A stretch of 64,000 bases of DNA from the human T2T-CHM13v2.0 reference genome, Homo sapiens. The notes beneath the pieces were generated by a model. It saw nothing but the letters and a program-made list of their open reading frames with translations. It ran no database searches and had not been told where the DNA came from. The stretch spans positions 13,888,001-13,952,000 of the forward strand of contig CP086569.2 in the NCBI GenBank assembly GCA_009914755.4, written 5' to 3'. The position numbers and the translations under genes were made by a program. This document shows, piece by piece, positions 20,806-38,180 of the stretch; within the stretch, counting starts at the first letter, position 1; each line of letters begins with the position of its first letter.

Positions 20806-21363
20806 TGTTGGGGACCAGCTTCAACATCACTTGTACTGTACCCAAAGTCCCGTGGCGATGAAGGAATGAGAAGAGATAGGTTAAGAGTGCATAAAGAGTG
20901 GAAGCCAGGAGGCCAATTGCAAAATGGAGGCTGCAAAAGGCTCCAAGTTTTGGTCTCCAGACTATTTATTGAGTACAGTTACTTAGATCTGAGAAGCAGA
21001 TGTTTAGGGGTGAATCAGGGAAAGGGAAACAGTGTGTCACAGGCATAATCTCTAGCAATAGCGGTTTAAATGAATCTCCTTTGTGCCCAAACAGCATATG
21101 TTTAACTTATCGGAGAGTAGCTAGTGGGAGCGGGCTTAAGTAGGAGTCTGCATGTCTGTCCGCATTCCAATGTTTCAAAGGAACGTCTTTCTCCTTGAAC
21201 ACCGTGTTTACAGATAAGACAGTGGGTCTGGCTCTGAGCATGGGAACACAATGGCATTTAGGAGGCTTTCCTCCTCAGAGGCCTCTTGTGGCTTTCCACA
21301 ACTTATTGTCCCATATTTTTATGGACAGTTTATACAGGCACCCCATAAGCCTTTTTCCCAACA
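20806..21363 (-). repeat. Provirus 5' LTR (558 bp)
   Basis: TGTTGGGGACCAGCTTCAAC...TTTTTCCCAACA, the partner of 14142-14699. Confidence 0.85.
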
Positions 21364-21820
21364 AATCCATTGTTGAATTTGTCTTGCTATAATTTTGTTG
21401 ATAATTTTTACATCTATGCTCATCAGGGTTATTGATCTGTAGTTTTCTTCTTCTCTGGCTTTGTCTGGAGTAGTGCTGGACTTGTAGAATGAGTGTGGAA
21501 GAAGTTCCCTCTCTTCAATGTTTGGGAAAAATTTGTAAAGTATTGGTATTTGTTCTTTAAATTTTTGGTACAGTTCAGCAGTGAAGCCATCAGGTCCTGG
21601 GCTGCTCTTTTCATTTCTTTTTTTCAGTTTTATTTACTTACTTATATAATTTTAAAATTGTTTTAAATTCATGGAGTATGTACAAGTTTTTTACATGGTA
21701 TATCGCATAACACATAATGCTGAGGTCGGGGTGCAAATATCCTTCCAAGGACATGATTTCATTATTTTTTATGGTTCATCGTATCCCATAATGTATATGT
21801 ACTACATTATATTTATCTAA
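21364..21820 (-). mobile_element. Ancient L1 ORF2 fragment, antisense (continuation of the L1 interrupted by the provirus)
   Basis: gttgataatttttacatctatgctcatcagggttattgatctgtagttttc matches antisense L1 ORF2 (gaggatttttgcatcgatgttcatcagggatattgg). Confidence 0.6.
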
Positions 21821-21821
21821 T

Positions 21822-22190
21822 GATACAGTTTGGCTCTGTGTCCCCACTCAAACCTCATCCTGAATTATATTTCCTACATGTCAGAGCAGGGGCCTCATGG
21901 GAGGTGATTGGATTATGGGGCATATTTTCCCCTTATTGTTCTCGTGACAGTGAGTGAGTTCTCATGAGATCTGATTCTTTGAAAGTATGTGGAACATCCC
22001 CCTTCACTCTCTGTCTCTTCTGCTTTGCCCTTGTAAGACATGCCTGCTTCCCCTTCACCTACCACTGTGATTGTAAATGACCCAAGGAATTCCAAGTCAT
22101 GCTTTCTGTTAAGCCTGCAGAACTATGAGTCCATTAAACCTCTTTTCTTCATAAATTATCCAGTCTCAGGTAGTTCTTCACAGCAGTCTA
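21822..22190 (+). mobile_element. Solo MaLR LTR (THE1/MST-like)
   Basis: TGATACAGTTTGGCTCTGTGTCCCCACTCAAACCTCATCCTGAATT...CCAGTCTCAGGTAGTTCTTCACAGCAG follows the THE1/MST consensus from start to end. Confidence 0.8.
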
Positions 22191-22194
22191 AAAA

Positions 22195-23630
22195 TGAACT
22201 CATACATCCAATCTACCATTGATGGGCACCTGTGTTGATTCCACATCTTTCTATTGAAAATACTGCTGCCGTGAATATACAAGTACATGTATCTTTTTAA
22301 TGCAATGGTTTATTTTCCTTTGAGTATATACACAATAATGGCATTGGTAGCTTGAATGGTAGTTATGTTTTAAGTTCGTTGAGAAATCTTCAACCTGCTT
22401 TCCCCAGTAAATGAACTAATTTACATTCCCAATAACAAGGTACAAATGTCTCCTCTTTTTCAGCAGCCTCACCAACTCTGTTATTTTTTCACTTTTAATA
22501 ATACTGGGCTTTTCCTTAATAGGAAGCTTTTATTACTGATATCTTATTACTTGATATTTTCTTTGGGTTTTCTATTTCTTTGTGTTTTAATTTTGGTAGG
22601 TTGTGTGTGTCCAGGAATTTATTAACTTTTTAAAAGATTCCTAATTTGTTGGTGTATAGATGTTCATGATAGTCTCTTTTGATTCTTTATATTTTTGTGC
22701 TACCAGTAGTAATGTTTTCATTTTCACCTTGGCTTTTATGAAACTTTTGTCTTTTTTTTCTTAGTTTGTCCAGCTAATAGTTTGTCAATTGTGTTTATCT
22801 TTAAAAAACCTCTTTTAAATTAATCTTTTTGTATTTTTTGTTCTCTATTCTATTTATTCCTGCTCTTCATTATTTCTTTCTACTATTTTTGAGTTTAGTT
22901 TCTTTTTGTACTTCCTTCAAGTGAAATGTTAAATTGTTTGAGAACTTTCTACCTTTTTTAAATGTAATGCTTTAATACTATGAACTTCTTTCTTATCACA
23001 GGCTTTGCTGTGTCCCACAGGTTTTGATATGTTGTGTTTTTATTTTTGTTTGCCTTATTAACATTTTAATCTTAGTTTTAATTTTTCATTGACCCATTAG
23101 TTATTCTAGAACAAGTTGTTAATTTCCATGTATTTGCACAGCTTTCAATGGTCTAATTGTTATTGATTTCTAGATTTATTGCATTGTGTTCTAAAGAAGT
23201 ACTTGATACGATTTTGATATTAAAAATTGCTTAGATTTTTTTATGGCTTGACATGTGAGCTATCCTGAAGAATAAGTACTGCTGAGAAGAATGTGTATTC
23301 TTCAGTGGTTAGATGACATTTTGTAAATATCTGATAAATCATTTGGTCTAGAATGCACTTCAGTTCTAAAGCCTGTTGATTTTCTGTTTAAATGATCTGT
23401 TCATTGCTGAAAATGCAATGTTGAAGTTTCTTGCTTTTATTGTATTGCTATCTATTCCTTTAGGTTTATTAGTATTTTCTTGATATATTCAGGTACTTCG
23501 ATTCTTGGTGCATATATATTTGTAATTGTTATGTCCTCCAACTGTATTGAAACCTTTTATCATTATATAATGGTCTTCTTTAAGTCTTTTTAAAGTTTTT
23601 GTGTTAGTGTATTTTCTCTAATATAAATAT
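22195..23630 (-). mobile_element. Ancient L1 fragment (ORF2 C-terminal region toward mid-ORF2, with internal deletion), antisense
   Basis: ctaccattgatgggcacctgtgttgattccacatctttctattg is the antisense of the ...KCPSIDEW... region. The later segments resemble antisense ORF2 of the young L1 at 8700-9900. Confidence 0.55.
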
Positions 23631-23639
23631 TTTTAAAAT

Positions 23640-24262
<623 letters not shown>

Positions 24263-24504
24263 GTCTTCTTTACAACAGTAACTAGCAGCCTAAACCCACA
24301 TTTGTCAAAGCTCTCACAGAGCTTCTGAGTTTGGAGTGCTGCCCATTTCAGGTGGCCTGCAGGTCACAAGGGAATGCCCCAACTGTAGAGGTAGTCTGAC
24401 TATGTATTTGTGCCCAGAAATCCTATGAAGTATGCTTTCTACAGTGTTTCACTGATGAACACACTCTCTGATTTGGGTTGCAAGTTTGCAAAATTTTAAA
24501 GTAA

Positions 24505-25526
24505 CAAAAAGTGGGGCGGTTCCAAGATGGCCAAATTGGAACAGCTCCAGTTTACAGCTCCCAGCGTGAGCAACACAGAAGACGGGTGATTTCTGCATTT
24601 CCAACTGAGGTACCGGGTTCATCTCACTGGGGCTTGTCAGACAGTGGGTGCAATGTACTGAGTGTGAGCCAAAGCAAGGCGAGGCATCACCTCACCCGGG
24701 AAGCGCAAAGGGGTCAGGGAATTCCCTTTCATAGCCAAGCAGAGCTGTGACACACAGCACCTGGAGAATTGGGTCGCTCCCACCCTAATACTGTGCTTTT
24801 CCAGTGGTCTTAGCAAACAGCACACCAGGAGATTATATCCCACACCTGGTTCAGAGGGTCCCACACCTAAGGAGCCTCACTCATTGCTAGCACAGCAGTT
24901 TGAGATCGAACTGCAAGATGGCAGCGAGGCTGGGGGAGGGGTGCCCGCCATTGCTCAGGCTTGAGTAGGTAAACAAAGCAGCTGGGAAGCTCGAACTGGG
25001 TGGAGCCCACCGTATCTCAAGGAGGCCTGCCTGCCTCTGTAGACTCCACCTCTGGGGACAAGACATAGCCAAACAAAAGGCAGCAGAATCCTCTGAAGAC
25101 TTAAATGTCCCTGTCTGACAGCTTTGAAGAGAGTAGTGGTTCTCCCAGCATGCAGCTGGAGATCTGAGAAAGGACAGACTGCCTCCTCAAGTGGGTCCCT
25201 GACGCCCGAGTAGCCTAACTGGGAGGCACCCCCCAGTAGGGGCAGACTGACACCTCACACAGATGGGTACTCCTCTGAGACAAAACTTCTAGAGGAACGA
25301 TCAGGCAGCAACATTTGCTGTTCACCAATGTCCGCTGTTCTGCAGCTTCCGCTGCTGATACCCAGGCAAACAGGGTCTGGAGTGGACCTCCAGTAAACTC
25401 TAACAGACCTGTAGCTGAGGGTCCTGACTGTTAGAAGGAAAACTAACAAACAGAAATGACATCCACACCAAAAGCCCGTCTGTACATCACCATCATCAAA
25501 GACCAAAGGTAGATAAAACAACAAAG
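24505..25526 (+). promoter_or_regulatory. L1PA 5' UTR (internal promoter region)
   Basis: About 1 kb upstream of the ORF1 ATG, colinear with the antisense 5' UTR at 11274-12291. Confidence 0.75.
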
Positions 25527-26605
25527 ATGGGGAAAAAACAGAACAGAAAAACTAAAAATTCTAAAAATCAGAGTGCCCCTCCTCCTCCAAAGGAATGCAG
25601 CTCCTCACCAATAATGGAACACAGCTGGATGAGGAATGACTTTGACAAGTTGAGAGAAGAAGTCTTGAGATGATCAAACTTCTCTGAGCTAAAGGAGGAA
25701 GTTCGAACCCACTGCAAAGAAGTTAAAAACCTTGAAAAAAGATTAGAGGAAAGGCTAACTAGAATAACCCATGCAGAGAAGTCCTTAAAGGACCTGATGA
25801 AGCTGCAAACCATGGCATGAGAACTACGTGATGAATGCACAAGCTTCAGTGGCTGATTTGATCAACTGGAAGAGAAGGTATCAGTCATTGAAGATCAAAT
25901 GAATGAAATGAAGTGAGAAGAGAATTTAAGACAAAAAAGGATAAAAAGAAATGAACAAAGCCTCCAAGAAATATGGGACTCTGTGAAAAGACCAAATCTA
26001 CATCTGATTGGTGTACCTGAAAGTGATCGGGAGAATGGAACCAAGTTGGAAAACACTCTGCAGGATATTATCCAGGAGAACTTCCCCAACCTAGCAAGGC
26101 AGGCCAACATTCAAATTCAGGAAATAGAGAGAATGCCACAAAGATACTCTTCAAGAAGAGCAACTCCAAGACACATAATTGTCAGATTTGCCAAAGTTGA
26201 AATGAAGGAAAAAATGTTAAGGGCAGCTAGAGAGAAAGGTTGGGTTACTCACAGAGAGAAGCCCATCAGACTAACAGCTGATCTCTCGGCAGAAACTCTG
26301 TGTGACAGAAGATAGTGGAGGCTAACATTCAATATCCTTAAAGAAAAGAATTTTCAACCCAGAATTTCATATCCAGCCAAACTAGCTTCATAAGTGAAGG
26401 AGAAATAAAATACTTTGCAGACAAGCAAATGCTGAGAGATTTTGTCAACACCAGGCCTGCCTTACAAGAGCTCCTGAAGGAAGCACTAAACATGGATGGG
26501 AACCACCGGTACCAGCCAGTGCAAAAACATGCCAAATTGTAAAGACCATCGATGCTAGGAAGAAACTGCATCAACTAACGAGCAAAATAACCAGCTAACA
26601 TCATA

Positions 26606-30457
<3,852 letters not shown>

Positions 30458-31469
30458 ATGAGAACACTTGGACACAGGAAGGGGAACATCACACACTGGG
30501 GCCTGTCAGGGGGTAGGGGGTGGGGGGAGGGATAGAATTAGAAGATACACCTAATATAAATGAAGAGTTAATGGGTACAGCACACCAACATGACACATGT
30601 GTACATATGTAACTAACGTGCACATTGTGCATGTGTACCCTAGAACTTAAAGTATAATAATAAAAATAAAAAAATATATATATAAAGCACCAACTCTGAT
30701 TATAATGAATTATATTTACACATCAAAGCATGGAGTGTTAGATCTAAGGAAACATTAAGAAATTTAGTCTGAACAATTTCACTAAAGCTGTGAAAATTAT
30801 TTTTTGTCATGTTTTCAGTTACACTCCAGAATTTCCAACATGTGGCATAAAAAAAGTTAGAATTCTCCCTCAGTTTCTAAGTACATTAAATTTAATTGTA
30901 AATTCACAAAACAAAACAAAAAAACAAAAAGGGAAGTAACCACTGAGTTGATGCTCTGGTTGTTGCTAGTCCTACTTCCACATTCGTCTCTAGCAAATTT
31001 CAGGAGTTTTCACTTTATTGGCCCTTGCAGTATTTCTTATGGATTGAGGCAAGAAGGGTTTCACTGAAAAGCAACCCACGATGATAAGAATGCCAGCTGC
31101 CTGCCTTCATCTCACTTTTTGAGGGTTAAAAGTGTAAGCCCAGGGGTACTTTTCTGCAGAGTCTGGCAACTTGGGGAACACTGTTACAGTTAGAGAGGTT
31201 TATTCCCCTTATCACTGGCTTGTGATTTTTCACTTTTCTGTGATTCTAGGGATTATGATAACATTAGTTTTGAGTTTTAAAATATTCTGGATGATAATAT
31301 TGCTAATGGTTAGTTGCTTTTGGTTTTCTGTAGGGGAGAATAAACCAGATAGCTCCTTTTCCACCATTTTGGTGACATCATTTCTGCTGGGCTTATTTCA
31401 ATTTGCACAGTGCCGTTCAATTCAATACGTGTTGTTGCAAATGACAGGATTTTCTATTTTTTAAAAGAT

Positions 31470-31970
31470 TGTGGAATAGTATCCAATCATGTATATATAC
31501 CACATTTTCTTTATTAATTCACCCACCAACATATACTTAGTTTACCTCCATTATTGGCTATTGAGAATAATGTTGAATAAACATGAAATGCAGAAATCTC
31601 TTCAACATTCTGGTTTCAGTTTCTTTGGATATATCCCCAGAAGTGAAATTGTTAGACCATGTCTTCATTCTAATTGTAGTTTTTGGAGGAACCTCCAAAT
31701 GGCTGCATGATTTATGTTTTCCAAAATGGCTGTACAGGGATATTTTTCCAAGGCTTTTCCAAGGCTGTACAGGGATCTTTTTTGTTCACATCCATGCCAA
31801 TACTTGGTATCATTTGACTTTTTGATAATAGCCATTCTAAAGGGTGTAAAATGATATCTTGTTGTGGTTTAAATGTGCATTTTTCCGATGATTAAAGACA
31901 TTGAGATTTTTTTCATATGCCTATAGGCCTTGGAAATAAATGTCTATGTAGATGTTTTACCATCTTAAAA
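31470..31970 (-). mobile_element. Ancient L1M 3' region fragment, antisense
   Basis: ccacattttctttattaattcacccaccaacatatacttagtttacc...gattaaagacattgag follows antisense L1M ORF2 C-terminus/3' end. A small tandem duplication ggctgtacagggat...ccaaggctgtacagggat sits at 31722-31780. Confidence 0.55.
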
Positions 31971-32318
31971 TACTAAATGTCAACTGTTATAAATGATTTA
32001 TTTTGGTGGCCTATTGTGAATTTCAAAATAAAGTCACGCACTGAGAATATAATTCCATTAGAGATAATTTCTCTATTTAAATATTTATCTTATAAAGAAA
32101 AAAGAGAAAAACATTTTTATCTTATCAGTAAGTTTATTTTTAAAGATCATATTAATAGGCAGAAAAATCGATCAGTATACTTTTAGAATTTTCCATATTT
32201 TTATATTCATGATAAAAGGTAGTATTAGAAACTTAGAGAAAAGTTTGTTACTTTAAAATGTTGCAAACTTGTACCTATTAAAGGTTTATATGTTTTTCTT
32301 TTTAAAAAATTGTATTTC

Positions 32319-32588
32319 ATTTTTGAAACGGGGTCTCCTCTGTCAGTCAGACTGGTGTGCAGTGGCATGATCTCAGCTTACTGCAACCTATCCTTTCTGG
32401 GCTCAAGCCTCCCAAGTGGCTGGGACCATAGGCATGTGCCATCACACTTGGCTAATTTTTTCTATTTTTTGTAATGATGGGGTTTCGCCATGTTGCCCAA
32501 GCTAGTCTTCAACTCCTAGATTCAAGCAATCTGCTTGCTGCAGCCTCCCAAAATGCTGAGATTGCAGGTATGAGCCACTTCACCCAAC
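32319..32588 (-). mobile_element. Alu (AluJ-like, diverged)
   Basis: tttttGAAACGGGGTCTCCTCTGTCAGTCAGACTGGTGTGCAGTGGCATGATCTCAGC...TATGAGCCACTTCACCCAAC. Confidence 0.85.
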
Positions 32589-32879
32589 ATTATGTTCTAT
32601 TTTTTATTGACAAGTAAAAATTATATATCTTTATAGTCTACAGTATGATGTTTTGACATATGCATACATGGTGGAATCGCTAGATTGAGCTAATTTGAAT
32701 ATACATTTTACCTCACATAATTTTGAGAAAAGTTAAGATCTGCTTCCTTAGCAATTTTCTCTTTTTTTGTTGTTGTTTAAATATAGAAACAAATGTGTTT
32801 ATTTTCCCATGTGGTCTGTTTTTTTCTGAGTGGCTTTTGAAAATGGACACATAATAATTGTGTATGTGTATGACGTATA

Positions 32880-35210
32880 CCCTAATATTTTGATCCATGC
32901 ATGCAATGTGTAATGATTAAATCAGGGTGTTAGCGTATCCATCCCCTAAAACACTGTTCATTTATTGGTGTTGGGAATAATAAGAATCTTCTTTTCTAGC
33001 TATTTTAGAATATACAATAAATTAACTATACTCACTCTGTGGTGCTACAGAACACTAGAGTTTATTTTACCTATCTAGCTGTAATTTACACAGTTAACTA
33101 ATCTGTTAACTAATATCTCCATATTCTCCCCTCCTGTATCCTTACAGCCTCTAATAACTACCATTTTTATTGTGTACTTCTGTGAAATTAAATTTTTTAG
33201 CTTTTACATACTAGTGAGAGCACATAATATGTATCTCTCTGTGCCAGTTTTATTTCACTAACATTTTGTCCTCCAGGCTCATCCATGTTGCAATAAATGA
33301 GAGTTTTGTTGTTTTCAGGGCTAAATAGTATTCTATTGTTTATACATATGCCACATTTTCTTTATCCATTAATTTACTTGGGAACGTTTAGGTTGATTCC
33401 ATAATTGATTATCGTGAATAGTTCTGCAATAAATGTGGCAGTGTAGATGTGTCTTTGACATACTGATTTGTATTCCTTTGGATATGTACCCAGAAGTAGA
33501 ATTACTGGACTACATGGTAATTTTATTTTTACTTTTTTCAGAAACCTTCATATAGTTTGCCATAGACATTTCAGGTGTCTTTCCATGATTTTGTGTTTTC
33601 TTCATTTCTTTTAGCAAAGTTTCATTGTTTTCAGTTTTTAGCTCTTTTACCTTCGTGTTTATTCTACATATTTTAATTTTTGTAACTACTTTAAATGTGT
33701 TGTTTCTTTGATTTTTTAACAGTTTGTTGTTAGCATATAAAAATGCAATTTATTTTGGTATATTAATTTTGTAGCCTGCAACTTTACTGAATTTGTTTCT
33801 TAGTTCTTACAGTTTATGGTGAAGATTTTAGGGTTCTCTGTTTAAGATCATATCACCTGCAAACAAAGACAATTTAACTGCTTCTTTACCTATTTGAACC
33901 TTTTGTTCTCTTGACTAATTCTCTGGCTAGAACTTCCAGTATAATGTTGAATAGAAGTGGTGAGAGTGGGCATCCTTGTCTTGTTTCTGATCTTAGAAGA
34001 AAAGCTTTTAATCTTTCACCAATAAGTATGATGCTAACTGTGGGCCTCTCATAAATGGTGTTTATTGTGTTAAGCTACAATTTGTCTATACATAACTTGT
34101 TGGAAGTTTCTTTAATTATAAAAGGATAGTGAATATTGTCAGAAGTTTTTCTTTACATGTTTGGAAATAATAATGTTGTATTTATTTATTCTGTTAATGT
34201 ATCACATTTATCAATAAGCCGATGTTAAAAATCTCCTACAATCACACTTAGTCATGGTATACAATATTTTAATGTACTGTTTGTAAACCAAAAATAAAAT
34301 TCTGAGACCTCCACCCCAACTATCTGAACGGACTTCGTCTTTGGCCACAGTACTCTAAAATTTAATCTGAAAGACTGGTTCATGCCATGATAGGAAGTGG
34401 GGTGGGCATGCCTCATTCTACCCCTCCAGCATTAACATCAACACACACCTTAAGTCTAATAAGAAACTTACAATTTATTCTCTCTGAAGCCTGCTACCTG
34501 GAGGCTTCATCTGCATAATAAAACTGGTCCCCACAACCCCTTATCATAACCCAGAGATTCATTTTTATGGATAATAACCATTTCAACAAATTGCGAATCA
34601 GATAAATTTTAAATCTACCTATAACCTGGAAGCTCCCACCCACTTCAAGTTGTCTTACCTTTCTGGACTCAACCAGTGTATATCCTAAGCATATTGAATG
34701 ATGTCTTACGTCTCCCTAAAATGAGACCACCTTGGGGCATATACACTTAGGTTCTCCTGAGGGCTATGTCGTGGGCCATCATCACTCATATTTGTCTCAG
34801 AATAAATCTCCTCAAATATTTTACAGAGCTTGATTGTTTTTGTTGACATGTTGAATTATGTTTGTTAGTATATTTTAGAAGGATTTTGTATCTGTGCTTT
34901 TTGCAGTGTTTTTATCTGTGTTGGTATCAATGTAATCATAGCCTCTTGAAAAGAGTTTTGAAGTATCCACTGTTCTTCAAGTTTTTGAAAGAGTTTGTGA
35001 AGAATAGTTTAGATTAAAAAAATTAGATAGAATTTAATAGGAATGCCATTTTTAGTTGCTCAGCTTTCCTTTGGTTTTTAAAAATTATTATTATTACTGA
35101 TTCAATCTCCTTCCTCATTTTTGGTCTGCTCAGATTTTCTGTTTCCTTAGGATTCAGTTTGGTTGATTGGATATTTCTAGGAATTTATTTATTTATTCAT
35201 TTTTCCTTCC
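32880..35210 (-). mobile_element. Ancient L1M (3' UTR through ORF2 RT region), antisense, host of later insertions
   Basis: The antisense 3' end reads ccacattttctttatccattaatttacttgggaacgtttaggttgattcc. The RT region reads atcacctgcaaacaaagacaatttaactgc...ttccagtataatgttgaatagaagtggtgagagtgggcatcc. It is interrupted at about 34300-34840 by an unclassified insert and truncated by the L1PB at 35210. Confidence 0.6.
34300..34840. other. Unclassified ~540-bp insert inside L1M (possible old solo LTR)
   Basis: A non-L1 sequence containing an AATAAA signal (aataaatctcctcaaatattttacag) that interrupts colinear L1M ORF2. It has no obvious TG..CA termini. Confidence 0.25.
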
Positions 35211-35881
35211 AACTTTAATTTTAGATTCATGGGGTACATGCATAGGTTTGCTATATAGGTAAATTGTGTGTAATGGTGATTTGGTGTACAGATTATTTCT
35301 GCTATCCAGGTAATGAGCATAGTACCCAATAGGTAGTTTTTAAATCCTCTTTCTCCCACATTCCATCCTCAGGTAGGCCCTAGGGTCTATTGTTCCCTTC
35401 TTTGTGTTCACTTGTATTCATACACGCATGTGTATTAGCCCCCACTTATAAGTGAGAACATGTGATCTTTGGTTTTCTGTTTCTGTGTCTATTTGCTTAG
35501 AATAATGGCCTCTAGCTCCATCCACCTTGCTACAAAGGACGTGATTTCATTGTTTTTATGACTGCATAGTATTCCATGGTATGTATGTACTATATTTTCA
35601 TATCCAATCCACTCTTGATGGACACCTAGGTTGATTCCATTACTTTGCTATTGTGAATAGCACCGCAATAAATATGCAGGTGCACGTGTCTTTTTGATAG
35701 AATGAATTATTTTTCTTTGGATGTATACCCAGTACTGAGATTGCTGGGTTGACTGGTAGTTCTATTTTAAGTTCTTTGAGAAACTTCCAAACTGCTTTCC
35801 ACAGTGGCTGAACTATTTTGCACTCTCACTAACAGTGGATAAGTGTTACTGTTTCTTGGCAGTGTTTCCAGCATCTGTTTG

Positions 35882-36166
35882 TGTTTTTTTTGAGACTGAG
35901 TCTCACTCTGTTGTCCAGGCTGGAGTGCAGTGGTACAATGTTGGTCTCACTGCAGCCTCCACCTCCCTGGTTCAAGCTATTCTCCTGCTTCAGCCTCCCA
36001 AGTAGCTGGGATTACAGGCATGTTCCACCATGCCTGGCTAATTTTTTAGTAGAGACAGATTTTTGCCATGTTGGCTAGGCTAGTCTTGAACTCCTGACCT
36101 CAGTTGATCCACCTGCCTCAGCCTCCTAAGGGGCTGGGATTACAGGTGTGAGCCACAATGCCTACC
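35882..36166 (-). mobile_element. Alu inserted in L1PB
   Basis: ttttttttGAGACTGAGTCTCACTCTGTTGTCCAGGCTGGAGTGCAGTGG...GTGTGAGCCACAATGCCTACC. TSD approximately CATCTGTT on both sides. Confidence 0.85.
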
Positions 36167-36188
36167 ACATCTGTTATTTTTTTACTTT

Positions 36189-36478
36189 TTTTTTTTGTGA
36201 CATATTCTCCCTCTGTTGCCCAGGCTGGAGTGCAGTGGCACAATCTTGGCTCACTGCAACTTCCACCTTCCAGTTTCTAAGTGGTTCTCCTCCCTCAGTT
36301 TCCAGAGTAGTTGAGATTACAGGCACGCACCACCATGCCTGGCTAATTTTGTATTTTTAGTAGATGTGGGGTTTTGCCATGTTGGCCAGGCTGGTCTTGA
36401 ACTCCAGACCTCAGGTGATCCACCTGCCTTGGCCTCTGAGAATGCTGGGAATATAGGCGTGAGCCACTGTGCCCGGCC
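36189..36478 (-). mobile_element. Alu inserted in L1PB, immediately adjacent to the previous Alu
   Basis: The poly-T then GTGACATATTCTCCCTCTGTTGCCCAGGCTGGAGTGCAGTGGCACAATC...GCGTGAGCCACTGTGCCCGGCC. T-rich TSD approximately TTTTTTACTTTT. Confidence 0.85.
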
Positions 36479-37945
36479 TTTTTTTTTTTTTTTTTTACTT
36501 TTGAATAACAGCCATTCTGACTAGTGTGAGATGGTATCGCATTGTGGGTTTTTTTTCCCCCTCCTTTCCCTCCTTCCTGTTTTGGTTCTCTGATGATTAG
36601 TTATGTTGAGCACCTTGTCATGTTTGTTGGCTACTTGTGCATTCTTTGAGAAGGGTCTGTTCATGTCCTTTGCCTACTTTTTAAATTCGATTTTTTGTTT
36701 TGTGCCTGTTGGTTTGTGTAACTTCCTTGTAAATTCTAGATACTAAACGTTGTCAGTTGCATAGTTTCCAGATATTTTCTGCCATTCTCTAGGTTGCCTG
36801 TTTACTCCATTGAAAATTTCTTTTGCTATGCATAAGCTCTTTAATTATACTCTACTTGTCAGTTTTTTGTTTCAATTGCTTTTGGGGTCTTAGCCATAAA
36901 TTCTTTGTCAAAGCGTATGTCAAGAAGGGCATTTCCCAGGTTATCTCCTAGAATTTTTATAGCTTGAAGTGTTACATTCAAATCTTTAATTCATCTTCAG
37001 TTAGTTCTCATATATGATGAGAGATGGGAGTCCAGTGCCATTCTTCTGCATATTGCTGGCCAATTATTCCAGCACAATTTATTGAATAGGGAGTCCTTTC
37101 CCCTTTGCCTATTTTTACTGATTTTGTCCATGATCAGATGGTTGTAGGTGTGCAACTTTATTTCTGGGTTATCTTTTTTTGTTCCACTGCTGTATGTGTC
37201 TGTTTTTGTAGCAGTACCACGCTGTTTTGATTATTGTGGCTTTCTGAAGTTGGGCAATGTGATGCCTGTGGCCTTGTTCTTTCTGCTTAGGATTTCTTTG
37301 GCTATTCAGACTCTTTTTTATTCCAGATGAATTGCAGAATAGATTTTTCCAGTTCTGCTTTGTGGTTCTCTTTATAAAGGTCTTTTACCTCCTTGGTTAG
37401 ATTAATTCCTACATATTTCATTTTCTTTGTGGCTATTGTAAATAGATTCTGTTCTTGATTGGTTCTCAGCTATAATGTTTATTGGTATATAAAAATAGTA
37501 AAATAAAAATACTGATTTCTCTACATTGGTTTTGTGTCCTAAAACTTTACTGAAAACTTTGGTTTTCAGTCCCAGGAGTCTTTCGGTGAAGTCCTGAGGA
37601 TTTTCTAGATATAGATCTTATCATTGGCAAAGAGAGGTAGTTTGACTTCTTTTCTTATTGGGATGACTATTACATCTTTCTCTTGGCTGATTGCTCTGGC
37701 TAGGATGTCTGTTTGTATGTTAAATAGGCATGCTAGGAGTGGGCATCCTTTTCTTGCTCCAATTCTCAACCGGAGTCGTTCCAGCTTTTGCTCATTTATT
37801 ATGATGTTAGCTGTGTATATATCACAGACGGTTCTTGCTATTTTGAAAAATGTTTCTTGAATGCCTACTCTGTCAAGAGTTTTATCATGAAGTGATTATA
37901 CTGAAAGCTTTTTCTTCATCTGTTGAGATCATATGGTTGTTTTGT

Positions 37946-38180
37946 TTGTTTGAGACAGGATCTTGGTCTGTTGCCCAGGCTGGATTGCGGTGTCACAATC
38001 ATGTCTCACTGCAGCTTCAATCTTCCAGTCTCAAACAATCTTCCCATCCCAGGCTACCAAGTAGCTGGGACTACAGGTGTGTGCCACCATGCCCGGCTAG
38101 TTTTTGTATTTTTTGTAGAAATGGGGTCCAACTATGTTGTCTGGTCTGGTTTCAAACTCTTGGGCTCAAGCAAAATGATT
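37946..38180 (-). mobile_element. Alu fragment (truncated) inside L1PB
   Basis: tttgtttgtttGAGACAGGATCTTGGTCTGTTGCCCAGGCTGGATTGCGGTGTCACAATC...TTGGGCTCAAGCAAA. It lacks the last ~40 bp of the Alu 5' end. Confidence 0.8.
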
